Source: Felis catus (Eukaryota). Taken from it: a stretch of DNA of 64,000 nucleotides. Below, one piece after another: positions 11,852-24,263 of this stretch. Numbering within the stretch: the stretch's first letter is position 1; each line of letters starts with the position of its first letter. The notes beneath the pieces were generated by a model. That model had not been told where the DNA came from and made no database searches. It saw nothing but the letters and a program-made list of their open reading frames with translations. The stretch lies in contig NC_058368.1 in assembly GCF_018350175.1 (NCBI RefSeq), positions 141,112,001-141,176,000 on the forward strand. Reading direction: 5' to 3'. The translations under genes and the position numbers were made by a program.

Positions 11852-12211
11852 CTGTTTTAGTTAGAGCTGCTGTAACAAAAATGCCATAGACTGGGTGGTT
11901 ATGGACAACAGGACTTTACTTCTCAGAGTTCTGGAGGTTGTGAAGTCCAAGATCAGGGCACCAGCAGGTTCCGTTTCTGGTGAGGAATGGCTTCCTGGTT
12001 CATAAATAGACATTTTCTTACTGTGACCTCACATGGCAGAGTGGAGAAGGAACTCTCTGGGATCTTTTTTGTAAAGGCACTAATCGCATTCATGAGGGCT
12101 TCACCCTCAACACTTAGGCACCTCCCCAAAATTTTCCTTCCTAATACCATCACACTGGGTTTGGATTTCATCATAAAATTTGACAGGGACATTAACATTC
12201 AGTCTATAGCA
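11852..12211 (-). mobile_element. MLT1A-like MaLR solo LTR
   Basis: GCTGCTGTAACAAAA...TTCTGGAGG...AAGTCCAAGATCA...AACATTCAGTCTATAGCA. Confidence 0.88.
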
Positions 12212-12289
12212 ACTACTTAATATCAGTAAATTTTTCTACTTGCTTTACTTGTTTTTACAGTTTGTTGGTATCCTAAAAAAATTCACCCA

Positions 12290-13000
12290 TTACAAATGAT
12301 TGATAAGTCCCTCAAGTCTCTTAATCTATAGGTTTCCTATCCTTCTATCTTTATATTTGTAATTAATTTGTTGAGGACCCTTGGTTGTATGTCCTGTGGA
12401 TTTTCCCCCATTTACATTTTACTTTTTGCATGCTTGGAGCGCATCCAATGTGTTTTTGTGCCTTCTGTGTTTGCTAGAAACCTGTAGTTATTAGATTTAG
12501 AGGTTTGATCACATTATGCTCAATTTTGGGGGGTAGGAGTGGGGCATGAATACTTCTTCAGTGATATTTACTGTGTTTTCACAGCAGGAGACACATGATC
12601 TTTTTGTTGTCATGCTAACCAGTAGTAATGATCATTGCTTACATCCATTCATTAGGGGATGTAAACTGGTGATATTCTTGTTCTATCATTTCTTATTAGC
12701 TGCAGTGTCGCTAAGAAGAAAAACTTCTCACCAACTAGTTGGTTTCCCTGGGATACAGTTTTTATAGGGAAGGCAGGTTAAATGCGTCAGTCTTGCCTCT
12801 TATTTCCAGTTTTCAAAATAATGAGTTGATTCTCTAGCATTCTCCTAAGGTGACAAGGATTTTTTTTTGCTCGTTTCTTTGTTTGCTTTCTTGGAATCAT
12901 TATGAATCACTATGGATCACACATTTATTTGATGTGTGTTAACTCGTTGCAGTGATTATATTTGGGGTGTCCAAATTGCCCATTTTTGACTGGAGGGAGC
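12290..13000 (-). mobile_element. Old L1 3'UTR (L1MC4/L1ME-like)
   Basis: Colinear motifs shared with the old L1 at 14.6-17.2 kb (e.g. TACAGTT...GGAA...AAATGC). Confidence 0.55.
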
Positions 13001-13234
13001 GAATTCAAATGGATAGAGCACTTTTCCTGAAGAAATAGTTTTGGCTAAATTGATTAAGTTATGTCCTTATTTTGAAAACATTCTGTGTAGATGAGGACTT
13101 GCTGAGCATCTGGAGGTAGAGACAGGTCTCAGTGCCTGCCTTGCGGTTCCTTGTCCTACAAGCCTCTAATGTCATGGAACTTGGGAGAGGAGCCATTGTA
13201 GCAGCTCCTTTCGTGTAAGTTTTGTGGCTATGAA

Positions 13235-13380
13235 GAGACAACCTGGTGTTAGGGAAAGATGCTCACTGGCCCAGGCTTGAGTTCTAGCTCTGCTCTACAC
13301 ACAAGGTTTGCGACCTTGGGGAAGCTGTGTAAGTCGTCTTCACAAGGTGGGAATAATGCACCGTCACAAAGATTGGTGCA
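13235..13380 (+). mobile_element. MIR interrupted by a SINE
   Basis: GAGTTCTAGCTCTGCT...GACCTTGGGGAAG...GGGAATAAT. Confidence 0.55.
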
Positions 13381-13560
13381 GGGGTACCTTGGTGGCTCAG
13401 TTGGTTAAGCGTCTGACTTTTGGTCTGCTCAGGTCATGATCTCACAGTTGGGCTCTGCGTTGACAGCACAGAGTCTGCTTGGGATTCTCTTTCTGCCCCT
13501 CTCCTGGTCGCAGTCTCTTTCTCTTTCAAAATAAACATTAAATTTTTTTTTTAAAAAAAC
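13381..13560 (+). mobile_element. CanSINE lacking the B-box segment
   Basis: GGGGTACCTTGGTGGCTCAGTTGGTTAAGCG head; TSD TTGGTGCA. Confidence 0.92.
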
Positions 13561-13644
13561 GTTTGGTGCAAGTATAACAGATGTACAATCGTTGTAAACC
13601 TAAGTTCTTGTGAATGTGTGTACGTGTGTGTGTAATTGTCTCTG

Positions 13645-13735
13645 AAATATGTGATGTATTTTACACTTACAGTGCATCTCAATATAGACTAGCGCATTTC
13701 AAGTGCTTAATAGGCACAGAATAGTGACTGTGTGG
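13645..13735. mobile_element. MER3/MER33-like hAT fragment
   Basis: TTTTACACTTACAGTGCATCTCAAT...GACTAG...CATTTCAAGTGCT. Confidence 0.65.
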
Positions 13736-13841
13736 AGGAATATAGAATTATAATGGCAGAAGGGAGGAAGAAAGTAAAACTTCACATAAGAGTTCTAAAT
13801 TGAACAACTACGATTTGACATTGTAACTTGACAAGGAGTAT

Positions 13842-14325
13842 TGCACCGTAGTTTGTTATTTGTCTCTTGGTTCTCTGTTATTTGTCTCTTGGTTCTCTGC
13901 TCCATACCTGCTTTTCCATATCCTCCTTTGTATTACGTGGGGCTAGAAATCTACAAACTGCTTCTTTGAAATGCTCTTGCCAGCTGGTCTCCTCTTAGAT
14001 TCTGCAAGTAGGAGGTACTGGTAGGAAAATGAGAGTGAGAGAAAGGAAGATATGTCAGCAGGGGCTCCTGCAAAGTAGCAGTGGTCCAGCTTTAACGATG
14101 ATGGTGCCAGCGTCTCTGATGACTAGGAGGGTGGGATTGTGGGTGCCAGCTCAGGGTTTCTTTCCTCTGGATGTTACCCTTTGATCGTCTGTCTCTCCAG
14201 CTCACTTCCATTTTCTTTTAGCTCTTTCACACCTTCCAACACTTTGTAAACAGTTCTCTACATTGGTTTTTCTCTGCTTAATATATGTACAGTAGTTTCT
14301 GTTTTTCCCACTGGACACTGGGCAT
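13842..14325 (+). mobile_element. ERVL solo LTR (LTR33/LTR16-like)
   Basis: CTTGCCAGCTGG...GGAGGTACTGG; 3' end GTTTCTGTTTTTCCCACTGGACACTG. Confidence 0.6.
13854..13897. repeat. Perfect 22-bp tandem duplication
   Basis: TGTTATTTGTCTCTTGGTTCTC x2. Confidence 0.95.
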
Positions 14326-15255
14326 CTGAGGGCAGACGGAACGAGGTTATAATCTCGTGTGCACCACTTTGTTCTGTGACTTCTTTTGTTTTCAATTTCT
14401 TCCCTTGTCTACGGACGATAATAAAAGTAACTGCCTCCTAGAATTGTTGATATAATTTACCTATGTGTGTGTGTATACCCACACATATATAAACATTACT
14501 GTTTGCTTTGAACATCACTCTCAGTAAGTGTTGTCGAGTATTGATAACAATATACAAACTAATGTTTGAAGACTTGCCATTTAACATTTTTTATTATGGA
14601 AAAGTTCAAATGTATAAAAAAATAGAATAGTATAATGGAACTTCATGTACATATTACCCAGCTTTAACAGTTAGAAAATTAAGGCTTTTCTTTTATCTAC
14701 ACCACCCACTCTCCCCCCTACTCTGGGATTATTTTTAAATGAATCTAAAATATTATTGTAGCTGTAACTATTTCAGCACGTAACCTTAAGAGATTAGGAC
14801 TGTTTAAAAAATAACCATTGTACTAGCAGCATACCTAAAAATCATCGAATACCAAGACAGTATTCAAACTCTAATTATCTCATAAATGTCTTTTTAAAAA
14901 TTGTTGTTTGAATCATCTTTGGAATAAGATGCACTCACTGGTTGATGTGTTTCTTAATACCTTTGAATTTATAAGTTCTCCTTTCTCTCTTTTTAATCTT
15001 ACAATTCGTGTGTTGAAAATACTGGGTCAGTTGTCCAGCAGAGTTTCCCACAGTCTCGATTTTGCTGATCACCTTCCTGTGGTATCATGTACCGTGTTCT
15101 TCTGGCCTCATATTCCCTATATATTGGTACTTAGCTCTAGAGGTATTTTGGTAGGATTCAGGCTTATTAACATACTTATTTTGGCAAGACTCCTTTATAG
15201 GTAATGCTCTGTACCTACATCAGGAAGCACATAATGTCTGGTTCTCCTTGTTTTT

Positions 15256-15485
15256 TTGTTTTTTTAAAAAAAATTTTTTTTAACGTTTATTTATTTTTGA
15301 GACAGAGAGAGATAGAGCATGAACGGGGGAGGGGCAGAGAGAGAGGGAGACACAGAATCGGAAACAGGCTCCAGGCTCTGAGCTGTCAGCACAGAGCCCG
15401 ACGCGGGGGCTCGAACTCACGGACCACGAGATCGTGACCTGAGCTGAAGTCAGACGCCCAACCGACTGAGCCACCCAGGCGCCCC
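15256..15485 (-). mobile_element. Young SINEC_Fc
   Basis: Near-consensus; TSD GGTTCTCCTTGTTTTT. Confidence 0.97.
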
Positions 15486-16669
15486 AGGTTCTCCTTGTTT
15501 TTGTGATGTTTGATGATTGTTGCCTGGATCTATTAATTCATTAGGGATTGCCAAAGTCTACCATTCATTTTTTTTTTTTCTACAATACTTCTGGAATGCT
15601 TCTATCAAGAGAAATTCCTTTTCATCAACTGTTTGATTATCCTACAGTACAGTTCATATGGGAAATGTAAGATAAATGCTTGATTATTTTATTATTGATG
15701 ACCTTTTAAAATAGGGACTTGATTTTTACCATCCTGCCGTAATGTTTTTAGTATTGTTATAAACTTACCAGTTTATAAATATTACATGTGTTCCAGTCTT
15801 TTCTGGTTGTTGTCCTTACTTGGGCTCAGTTGTTCTACCTTGGGCTTCTGGGAGTAGCCACGTTGGCCCCTAGGTCTCTTTGGTAGGTTATTTTGCTGAT
15901 AGTATGACAAGATGTTCCAGTTTCATCGTGTTCTTTCCCTGATCTGGAATCAGTACTTTCTCCCAGAACCTAATTCTTTTTATTGAAAGATGGTATTTAG
16001 AGACATGATCTGGGCAGTGGAGTGGTCATTGCTAATGGACTGGTTATTGTTTCTTGGCTTTTTAAGTGGACATGGCCAGGAAAAAAATATTTTTTAGAGA
16101 TAAAATGCACCACAAGTTTATACTTACACTTCAAATTCAAATTTAGGATCACAAGACTTTTCTTTAACCTCATCAGTCTTATATTTCCATTTCCTCTTCT
16201 CGTGACATAAATACTGATTCTTAACAACACCGGGGCAATTCCTTATTTGTCCTGTCCTTAATACACCCACAACAGTCTCAGAATCATCACCGAAAACAGC
16301 TGAGTATTTTTTCCCAGTTATTTTTGACATTAGAGTAGATTCTACTTGGAATGAACCAGGAAAATTATTGTGTTTGTAAGTTGCTTGAGTCAGTTCCTGT
16401 TTATGTAGCAGTCCTAACAGTGGAATGGTTAGTGATTAACTCATGGTTATGATCAGTTACGTTAATTTATTCCATTTTACTTTTGATTTGGTCTTTTTTT
16501 TAATTTAAAAGTTTTTAAATTTAATGTTGTTAGAATAGTATATTACTTACATGTTACAAAGTAAGATCTTTATAATGTATATTCAGAGATGTTTAGATTA
16601 AACCCCTATCTCTTAAATTTTATGCCCTCCATCAAGTAGGTAATTATATTTAAATTTTTTATAGTTTTC

Positions 16670-16900
16670 TTAAAATTTTTTTAAAGTTTATTTATTTTGA
16701 GTGAGTGAGAGAGAGACAGAGTGAGTGAGTGAGTGGGCGAGCAGAGGAGGGGCAGAAAGAAGGAGACAGAAAATCCCAAGCAGGCTCCACACTGTCAGCA
16801 TGGAGCCCAATGTGGGGCTTGAACTCACAAACTGTGAGATCATGACCTGAGCCGAAATCAAGACTTGGACACTTAATTGACTGAGCCACCCAGGCGCCCC
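16670..16900 (-). mobile_element. CanSINE
   Basis: Full head and tail; TSD AAATTTTTATAGTTTTC. Confidence 0.95.
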
Positions 16901-17397
16901 ATAAAATTTTTATAGTTTTCATACCACTGTTTTACTTCCACACAAACATATGTTTACGTGCTCCTTTTCTTAGGTAAATGGTAACATACCAATTTATTTT
17001 TGTACATTTTTCTTTTTTCACTTAATCTGTCTTGGAGATCCATTACCCCGTCATAATGAGTGGATACTCCTCATTCCTTTTTATAGCTGCATAATGTTCC
17101 ATTAGCTTATTCTACCAGCCCCTATTGATAATTTTTGGATTATTTCCATTAGTTTTTGCTATTATAAGTGTTGCTGTAGAGAATGGCCTTGTGCTGACGT
17201 CATTTTTATATTACAAAGTCTAAGTTTTTTAGTACAAGAGAGAAATTTTTCCCTCCAGAAAGTCCATTTTACCTAATCTGGTACATCATTAACTTCTGCC
17301 CATCGCGTAGCGAGCTGCCATCAGGCACTGTTGTTTCTCAGGCTCAAGTTTAGTATCTCTATCAGAGGCTTCTCTGTGAGTAAAACTTCTCTGCTTT

Positions 17398-17624
17398 AAA
17401 AAAAAATTTTTTTTTTAATGTTTGTTTATTTTTGACAGAGAGAGAGAGAGAGAGAGAGAGCGCATACCCGCGCAAGCAGGGGAGGGGCAGAGAGAGAGGG
17501 AGACACAGAATCCAAAGCAGGCTGTCAGCCCCAGAGCCCCACGTGGGGCTTGAACCCATGAACTGTGAGATCACGACCTGGGCGAAAGTCAGATACTTAA
17601 CCAACAGAGCCACCCAGGCACCCC
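17398..17624 (-). mobile_element. CanSINE
   Basis: (GA)n tract, head CACCCAGGCACCCC; TSD about TCTGCTTT. Confidence 0.95.
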
Positions 17625-18029
17625 TCTTTTCTGCTTTTAACACAGCACCAATTGTGTTTTCTTGGAGATGGGAGTTCTCAGAGACCAGCTTCCTAGAGGA
17701 GATTGGTCCCTGTCGTGGTAAACATCTGTGGGTAACTGCAGTTCTCCCTTTTCGTGGCGGAAAACAGTTTGTCTTTACATCTTCACATACTCAAAGTTCT
17801 GTGCGCTGACACCATCGTCAACTTGTTAGCATGCACAGAACGCCATAGGCGGCGTGGTGTCACTGTTTTAAAGCATTTCCATGAGCTTTTGTAAGGACTC
17901 AGAACATAGTAAACTCTTCATCTTAATTTTAATCATTAAGACCTAAAACCAAGGGGTTTTGTTTTGTTTTGAGAAATTTAATGCCTGGGTGTGTATTGTT
18001 TATGTTTTATTTTGTTATTTTTTAAAATA

Positions 18030-18223
18030 AAAAATTTCAAAGTTCGTTTATTTTGTGAGAGTGGAAGTGAGGAAGGGGCACAGAGAGACAGAGGGAGAGT
18101 GAATCCCAAGCAGGCTCCACACTACCATTGCAGAGCCCAGTGCAGGGCTTGGACTCACAAACTGTGAGATCATGGCCTGAGCTGAAGTCAGACGCTTAAC
18201 TGACTGAAGCACCCAGGTGCCCC
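18030..18223 (-). mobile_element. CanSINE
   Basis: GAATCCCAAGCAGGCTCC...CACCCAGGTGCCCC. Confidence 0.93.
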
Positions 18224-18248
18224 TATGTATTTTAAAAATACAATTCTA

Positions 18249-18470
18249 GGGGGGCTTGGTTGGCTCAGTTGGTTAAGTGTCCCACTCTTGATTTCTGCTA
18301 AGGTCATGATCTCACAGTTTTGTGGGTTTGAGCCCCATGTCAGGCTCTGTGCTGGCAGTGTGGGGTCTGCTTGGGATATTTTCTCTCTCTCTCCCCTACC
18401 CATCCCCTGCCACTCTCCTGCTCTCGCTCTGTCTCTCTCAAACTTAAAAAAAAAACAAAAAAAAACTTCT
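18249..18470 (+). mobile_element. CanSINE, head-to-head with the previous copy
   Basis: Head, CT tract and A tail; TSD AAAAATA(CA/TG)ATTCTA. Confidence 0.93.
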
Positions 18471-19049
18471 AAAAATATGATTCTATTTTTGTGGTAGAAT
18501 CACATGTCTGATCTATGGGATACTTTTCCTAAAGTGCGTTCTCATCTTTAGTATTGTTTATAAACAGGTCTTTTTTTTTTTTTTTTTTTTTTAACCTTAC
18601 ACAGGTAGATCAACTTCATCACCTAGCAGTGCTCAATGTGGTTTCTTGGCTTTCCACTTGTTGTATATGAGTGAATGAGGAAGTGCAGTGAAGCTGGGGT
18701 AGGGCAGGGGGAGAAAGATAGGAAGCAGCAGAGAGAGCTTGCAAATATGAAAGAACGAGAGACATTGTGTTGGGGGGGCGGTGCATGCTGGAAACTGGAA
18801 GATGGAGAAAATGCTATAAAGAGTGGATATACGCCTATGCATGTCCCAAAGAGATGCTCTTGAAGGCAGAGTAGCTTCACTGTGTGTGTCATTGAAGACA
18901 GTTAAGCCCAGTTTACAGTTTATCTGGCCCAGTTAAGCAGACTCAAGGTTGGGTCACAGTTCATTGTGTTAGCCCTCCGGTGCTGCTGTCAAACTAGGGC
19001 AGGTTGGTCGTCAAATACAGAGAAACTAGGATAGACTGGTTCAGTTCAA

Positions 19050-20330
19050 CAGTTCAACAAATATTTATTGAGGGTCTGAAAATCAAACACCTGTGTTAGA
19101 CTTGGGAGTACAAAGATGAATAAGATAACTCCTTCACTATGGAAGTTTATATTCTAGTTAGGTCTAGAGAGAGACACAAATAAGTAGCGGTTTAAGATAC
19201 ACACATGTATTTAGTTTCTATGAGTCAGGAATCCAGACATAGCCTATCTGGGACCTCTACGTCAAGGTCTCTTACAAGGTTGCGATGTGTTGGCTAGGGC
19301 TAGGTCTCACCTGCAGACTTGACTGGAGAAGAGTCCTCTTCTAAGCCTAGTGGCATGGTTGTTGGAAGGATTAAATTCCTTAATGGCTTTTAGACCAAGG
19401 ACCTCAGTTCTTTCACAGCTGTTGACCAGAGGCCACTCTCAGTTCCTTGCCACATGGACCTCCTAGACATGGCAGCATGCTTCATCAAAGCCAACAAGAG
19501 AGGCAGTCTGCTAGTAAGACGGTAGTCACAATCTCGCGTAGCCTAGTTACAGATATGATAACCTATCATCTTTGCTGTATTCTGTTGATTAGACACAAGT
19601 CACTAGGCTACTAGTCCATACTTAAGAGGAAGGGATTACACAAAGGTGTGAATACTAGGAGGTAGGAATCGCTGGGGGCAGTATTATAGTCTGCTTGTTA
19701 TGCAGGTGTTTACTATAGCTCTGTAGTGTGTGAAAGAGGTAGTGTTCTCTAGGGGCATGAAGGAAAAGTATCTGACTCAGCCTGCCATGGAAATGGCTTC
19801 TCAAATAATGCCTTGTCTAAGTGTAGCCTCCTTGAAGGATGTATAAATATTAACTTGGTGTGTCTATGGCAGGGGAAAGGAGGCAGGAGGAACAACGTCA
19901 GTGGACACTGAGGAGGTTAAATAGAAAAAGATGTCTGAGGACCACCATCCAGTAGTTCAGTGTAAAACTGGGATGGGGAAGACATGTGAAAGAGTCAAAA
20001 ATGTAAGGCAAGGGTCTGATTTGGAGGTATTTCCTTTGCTAGGCTAAAAAATGAGGACTTTACCAAGGGGATCACGGGGAGGATTTTGAACAGGATGTGA
20101 TGTCATCGGAGTTGTGGTTTCTTGACCGAAGAAGATTGTGGAAGATTCATTTCAGTAGTTTTTACAATAATTCAGATGGGAGATGAAGAGGGCCTGGGTT
20201 AAAGTAGTGGCAATAGAGAAGAGGGGATCGATTTTTATGTTTTTAAATCACAAAGTTCTTTGAATTCTGGGATGAGGCAGATGTGGGAGATGGAACAATC
20301 TGGAGTGATGCCCAGGTTTGGGCTTAGTTT
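19050..20330 (-). mobile_element. L2 interrupted by MLT1
   Basis: TTCAACAAATATTTATTGAG tail; purine-rich L2 body to GATGCCCAGGTTT. Confidence 0.7.
19185..19705 (-). mobile_element. MLT1D/E-like MaLR LTR
   Basis: GTCAGGAATCCAG...CATGGCAGCATGCTTCATCAAAGCC...GGGATTACACAAAGGTGTGAATACTAGGAGG. Confidence 0.8.
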
Positions 20331-20749
20331 TGGCAGAATATCCTTGTTCGGGATCAGAGGGAAGAGAATGGGGGAGAGGGAGAAAAAGGGTGGAAGGAGG
20401 AGGTCTGTAGTGTGTATGTAGGTTTGTAAATTTATTGACTGCGTACAGGAGAGCTTGACTCAAAGTATTCTTTACAATGTTTATGTTCTCAATTTAATCA
20501 GTGTCACTATGTAAATTTACTTTCTAGGCAAACCATATGCCTCAGTGATAGGAGATAGAATCAAATACAGAATTCATTTTCCTTACAAACAGTTTGATAA
20601 AAGAGAAGTTGGTGTTAGAATTTCAGTAAGCTAAGACCACAGGTGGCGATCCCTTGCCCAGTCCTGTCTAGTGCTTGGAATCTTGGAGTCTGGTCCCTGA
20701 GTTCAAGTCCTACCACAAAACTCTTGCTATGAAGTGTCATGTCACTGAC

Positions 20750-21503
20750 TTTTTCTTTGAAACATAATTCATATAATACAAAAATCACCATTTTAAAGTG
20801 TAGAATTCATTAACTTTTAGTATATTCATTATGTTGTGCTGCTATCACCACGGTGTAATTCTAGAGTATTTCCATTACTCCCAAAGGAACTCCATACCTA
20901 TCAGCAGTCAGTCCCAATTCCCTTCTTTCTTAGCATTTGACAACCACTAATAGACTTTCTGAGTCCATAGACTTGTTTATTCTGGACATTTCATATAACT
21001 AGACTGATAGAATATGTGGTCTTTTGTGTCTGGCTTCTTTTACTTAGCATAATGTTTTTATGGTTCATCCATGTTTTATCACCATTTTATCCCTCTTTAT
21101 CGCCAAATAATATTTCATTGTATGGGTATACCACAGTTTGTTTATCTATTTATCTACCGATGGACATTTGGGTTCTTTCCTTTATGGCCATTAGGAAAAA
21201 TACTGCTGTGAACCTTCTTGTGCACGTATTGTGCGGACATATGCTTTCCTTTCTCTTGGGTATATACTAGGAGTAGAATTTCTTGGTCATATGGTAACTC
21301 TAAGTTTAACTTTTTGAGGAACCACCGAACTATTTTCCATCATAGCTGCATCATTTTACATTTTTGCTACGTGTAGGAGGGTCCCTGTTTCTCCACATCC
21401 TTGCCAACACTTGTCATTATCTGTCTTTTTTATTATAGCCATTCAAGTGGGTGTGAAGTTGGATCTTACTGTGGTTTTGATTTACATTTCCCTGGTGGCT
21501 AAC
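20750..21503 (-). mobile_element. L1MB-like 3' fragment
   Basis: CATAATTCATA...CATTTTAAAGTGTA...TCTGGACATTTCATAT...TTTGAGGAACC...ACATTTCCCTG. Confidence 0.9.
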
Positions 21504-21829
21504 TCAGAGTTTTTAAGAATTAAATGGATACCATAGGTGAAATCTGACATGAGTTTTGTTCTTCCTTCTGTGCTAGATTCAGGGGACCCCCCTCTCCCCC
21601 AGAATAACTGTGCTAATGTTCCTAGTCATTTTTATTTACATTGCAGCCTTTTGCTTCAGGAAGGCAGCACACAGGCATGATTCCTCACACTGGCTTTACC
21701 CTCCTATATACAGCCATAGACCCATACATGCCAGAATTCCCTGTGGAGTCTTATCCCAGAGCTCTAGAATCACAATCTGGAGGGCCCCAGCCTGCACATT
21801 AAAACAAAACAGAACAAAAAACCCAACGT

Positions 21830-22559
21830 TACCATCTCACACCTGTCAGAATGGCTAACATTAACAACTCAGGCAACAACAGATGTTGGCGAGGATGTGG
21901 AGAAAGAGCATCTCTTTTGCACTGCTGGTGGGAATGCAAGCTGGTGCAGCCACTCTGGAAAACAGTAAAAAATTAAAAATAGAACGATCCTATGATCCAG
22001 CAATTGCACTACTAGGCATTTATCCAGGGGATACAGGTGTGCTATTTCGAAGGGACACATGCACCCCCACGTTTATAGCAGCACTATCTACAATAGCCAA
22101 AGTGTGGAAAGAGCCCAAATGCCCATCGATGGACGAATGGATAAAGAAGATGTGGTATACACATACAATGGAGTATGACTCGGAAATCAAAAAGAATGAA
22201 ATCTTGGCGTTTGCAACTACATGGATGGAACTAGAGGGTGTTATACTAAGTGAAGTTAATCAGAGAAAGACAAATAAATACCATGTGACTTCACTCATAT
22301 GAGGACTTTAAGACACAGAACAGATGAACACAAGGGAGGGGAAGAAAAAATAATAGAAAAACAGGGAGGGGGACAAAACAGAAGAGGTTCTTAATTAAAT
22401 ATGGAGAACAAACAGAGGGTACTGGAAGGGTTGTGGGAGGGGGGGTGGGCTAAATGGGTTAGGAGCATTAAGGAATTTACTCCTGAAATCATTGTTGCAC
22501 TATATGCTAACTAACTCGGATGTAAATTAAAAAAATAAATATTAAAAACCAAAAACCCC
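21830..22559 (+). mobile_element. Young felid L1, 5'-truncated (ORF2 C-terminus, 3'UTR, A tail)
   Basis: ORF 21883-22302 YDPAIALLGIYP...FIAALSTIAKVWKEPKCPSMDEWIKKMWY is L1 ORF2p; TSD AAAAACCCAA(C/T)GTTACC. Confidence 0.97.
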
Positions 22560-23379
22560 AAAAACCCAATGTTACCTGTTGGAGTCGTTGCCCTGACGCA
22601 GTCTAAGAGAAGCTGTTGGTAGGATCTGGAGGAAAGGCAAGAGACTTGGAGTTTCACAGCACTTTCTTTTGCTGCCATAGGAGGTGCTCCTGAGCATATG
22701 TGGTTCAGATCTCGCAGTAATGACTGAGAGTTCACCATTTTTACATTTCAGAAACTAAGGTTTAGATTGGGTTCAGGAGCTTAATGTGAATATGAAATCA
22801 TTGGAAGCACTGGAATTGAATATGGGGCCAGTTTTCTGGTTTGGGCACAATGAGTCACACAGTATGTGTTGGTTCTTGATATTTGTTTTACTAATTTAGA
22901 GGGAATGGTGGTAAAGATAATTCCCAAATGGTGGCTCATGCAAAATTCAGGAATAATTTTTTGGAATGCATTTTCTACATGCTCATGCATGGGAAATTGC
23001 AGTGCAGCCAACCAAACAAGCTAAGCTGTGAAGACCCCCCTCACAATGACTTAGGGCAAGGTCTGTGGAAACCTCCCCCTCCTACTTAGTCAACTCTTCC
23101 TGCTTCTTATTTTGACTTAGTAGCATTGCTTTGTAGATGGGCTGAAGTTCCTAAGGAAACCTTCTGTTTCTCTTCAGGCTGTTCTTCTCAGGTTATAGTG
23201 AAGTGAATCAGATTTAGGCTTAAAATAAGGAGAAAATTTCAAACCTTCTTTACTAGGTTCTTTTGCATGATAATCAGAGAAGGTAGGAATGATAATAACG
23301 GTAATAATGTCAAAAGGGAGCTGTGTGACAAAAGGTTTTGCTACATGTTAATTCAGAAGTGATTGCAGTTGTCAAAGTT

Positions 23380-23940
23380 GCTTCAGTCAGGGTCCCAGGG
23401 GAAACAATTTATCCCAGATGGATCTTTTTTTTTTTTTTTTTAAGATTTTATTTTCAAGTAACCTCTAAACCAAACATAGGGCTCAAACTTAAAACCCTAA
23501 GATCAAGAATCACACACTCCACCAACTGAGCCAGCCAGGTGCCCCTGTCCCAGATGGTTCTAATGAAGAAACTTAAATGGAGATTCTGCTTACAGAGGTG
23601 TGAGCAGAGATTAGGGAAGACAGGGAGGTGCCCTTGCTGGCAACTCTGTGAAACCCTTAACAGCCCTAGGGCTGAAGGGACCAGGAGAGGAAAGAGCCTT
23701 GTTCATGAAGGCACAAGTTATTGCCCAGGCAGGGTACTGACGCAGGGAGTGGGGAAGAAATGACCCAACCTCCATCTCTGCCCACCCTCCAGTGCCCTGC
23801 CAGTGCCTCCCATTGGATATGCCCAACCTGAAGCCAGCTGAGAAGGGAGGCCAACGGTGCAGACCACAGAGGTGAGCCTCACAGGGCCCACAGCAGAGCA
23901 CAGGGTGCATGGGGGTGGTGGTTTGCAATTGGAGACCAAT
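23380..23940 (-). mobile_element. LTR33-like ERVL solo LTR with SINE insertion
   Basis: TCAGTCAGGGTCC start; CAGTGCCTCCCATTGG...AAGCCAG...AGAGGTGAGCCTC. Confidence 0.65.
23424..23545 (-). mobile_element. Short old CanSINE (tRNA-like part only, no CT tract)
   Basis: AGATCAAGAATCAC...AACTGAGCCAGCCAGGTGCCCC; TSD TCCCAGATGG. Confidence 0.9.
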
Positions 23941-24051
23941 TAACCAACTCTCTTACAGTGAGCATATTCTATTTTTTGTTATTTTAGAAGGTGTTATTTT
24001 GGAGGACTTCAAGAAATGTTGCAAGTAGAGAAAAATGTTCGTTTGTCATTT

Positions 24052-24263
24052 TTAAAAAAAATTTAAAAATGTTTATTATTATTTTTGAGAGAGACAGAGT
24101 GCAAGTGGGGGAGGGGCAGAAAGAGAGGGAGACACCATGTGAAGCAGGCTCCAGGCTCTGAGGTGTCAGCACAGAGCCCGACGCGAGGCTTGAATCCATG
24201 AGCTGTGAGACCATGACCTGAGCCGAAGTTGGAAGCTCAACCGACTGAGTCACCCAGGCACCC
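24052..24263 (-). mobile_element. SINEC_Fc
   Basis: Full-length; degenerate TSD. Confidence 0.95.

Larger units (their letters stand above)
14585..17215 (-). mobile_element. Old L1 3' region (L1MC4/5-like) carrying two SINE insertions
   Basis: TTATTATGGAAAAGTTCAAA...AGAATAGTATAATG...ACCCAGCTTTAACA 3' terminus; T-rich degenerate L1 motifs continue. Confidence 0.7.

Noticed and set aside
18569-18604. Poly-T plus ACAG acceptor-like site
   Set aside because: No convincing paired donor; may be a simple T run
21883-22302. 139-aa ORF as a gene
   Set aside because: Frameshifted C-terminal remnant of L1 ORF2p
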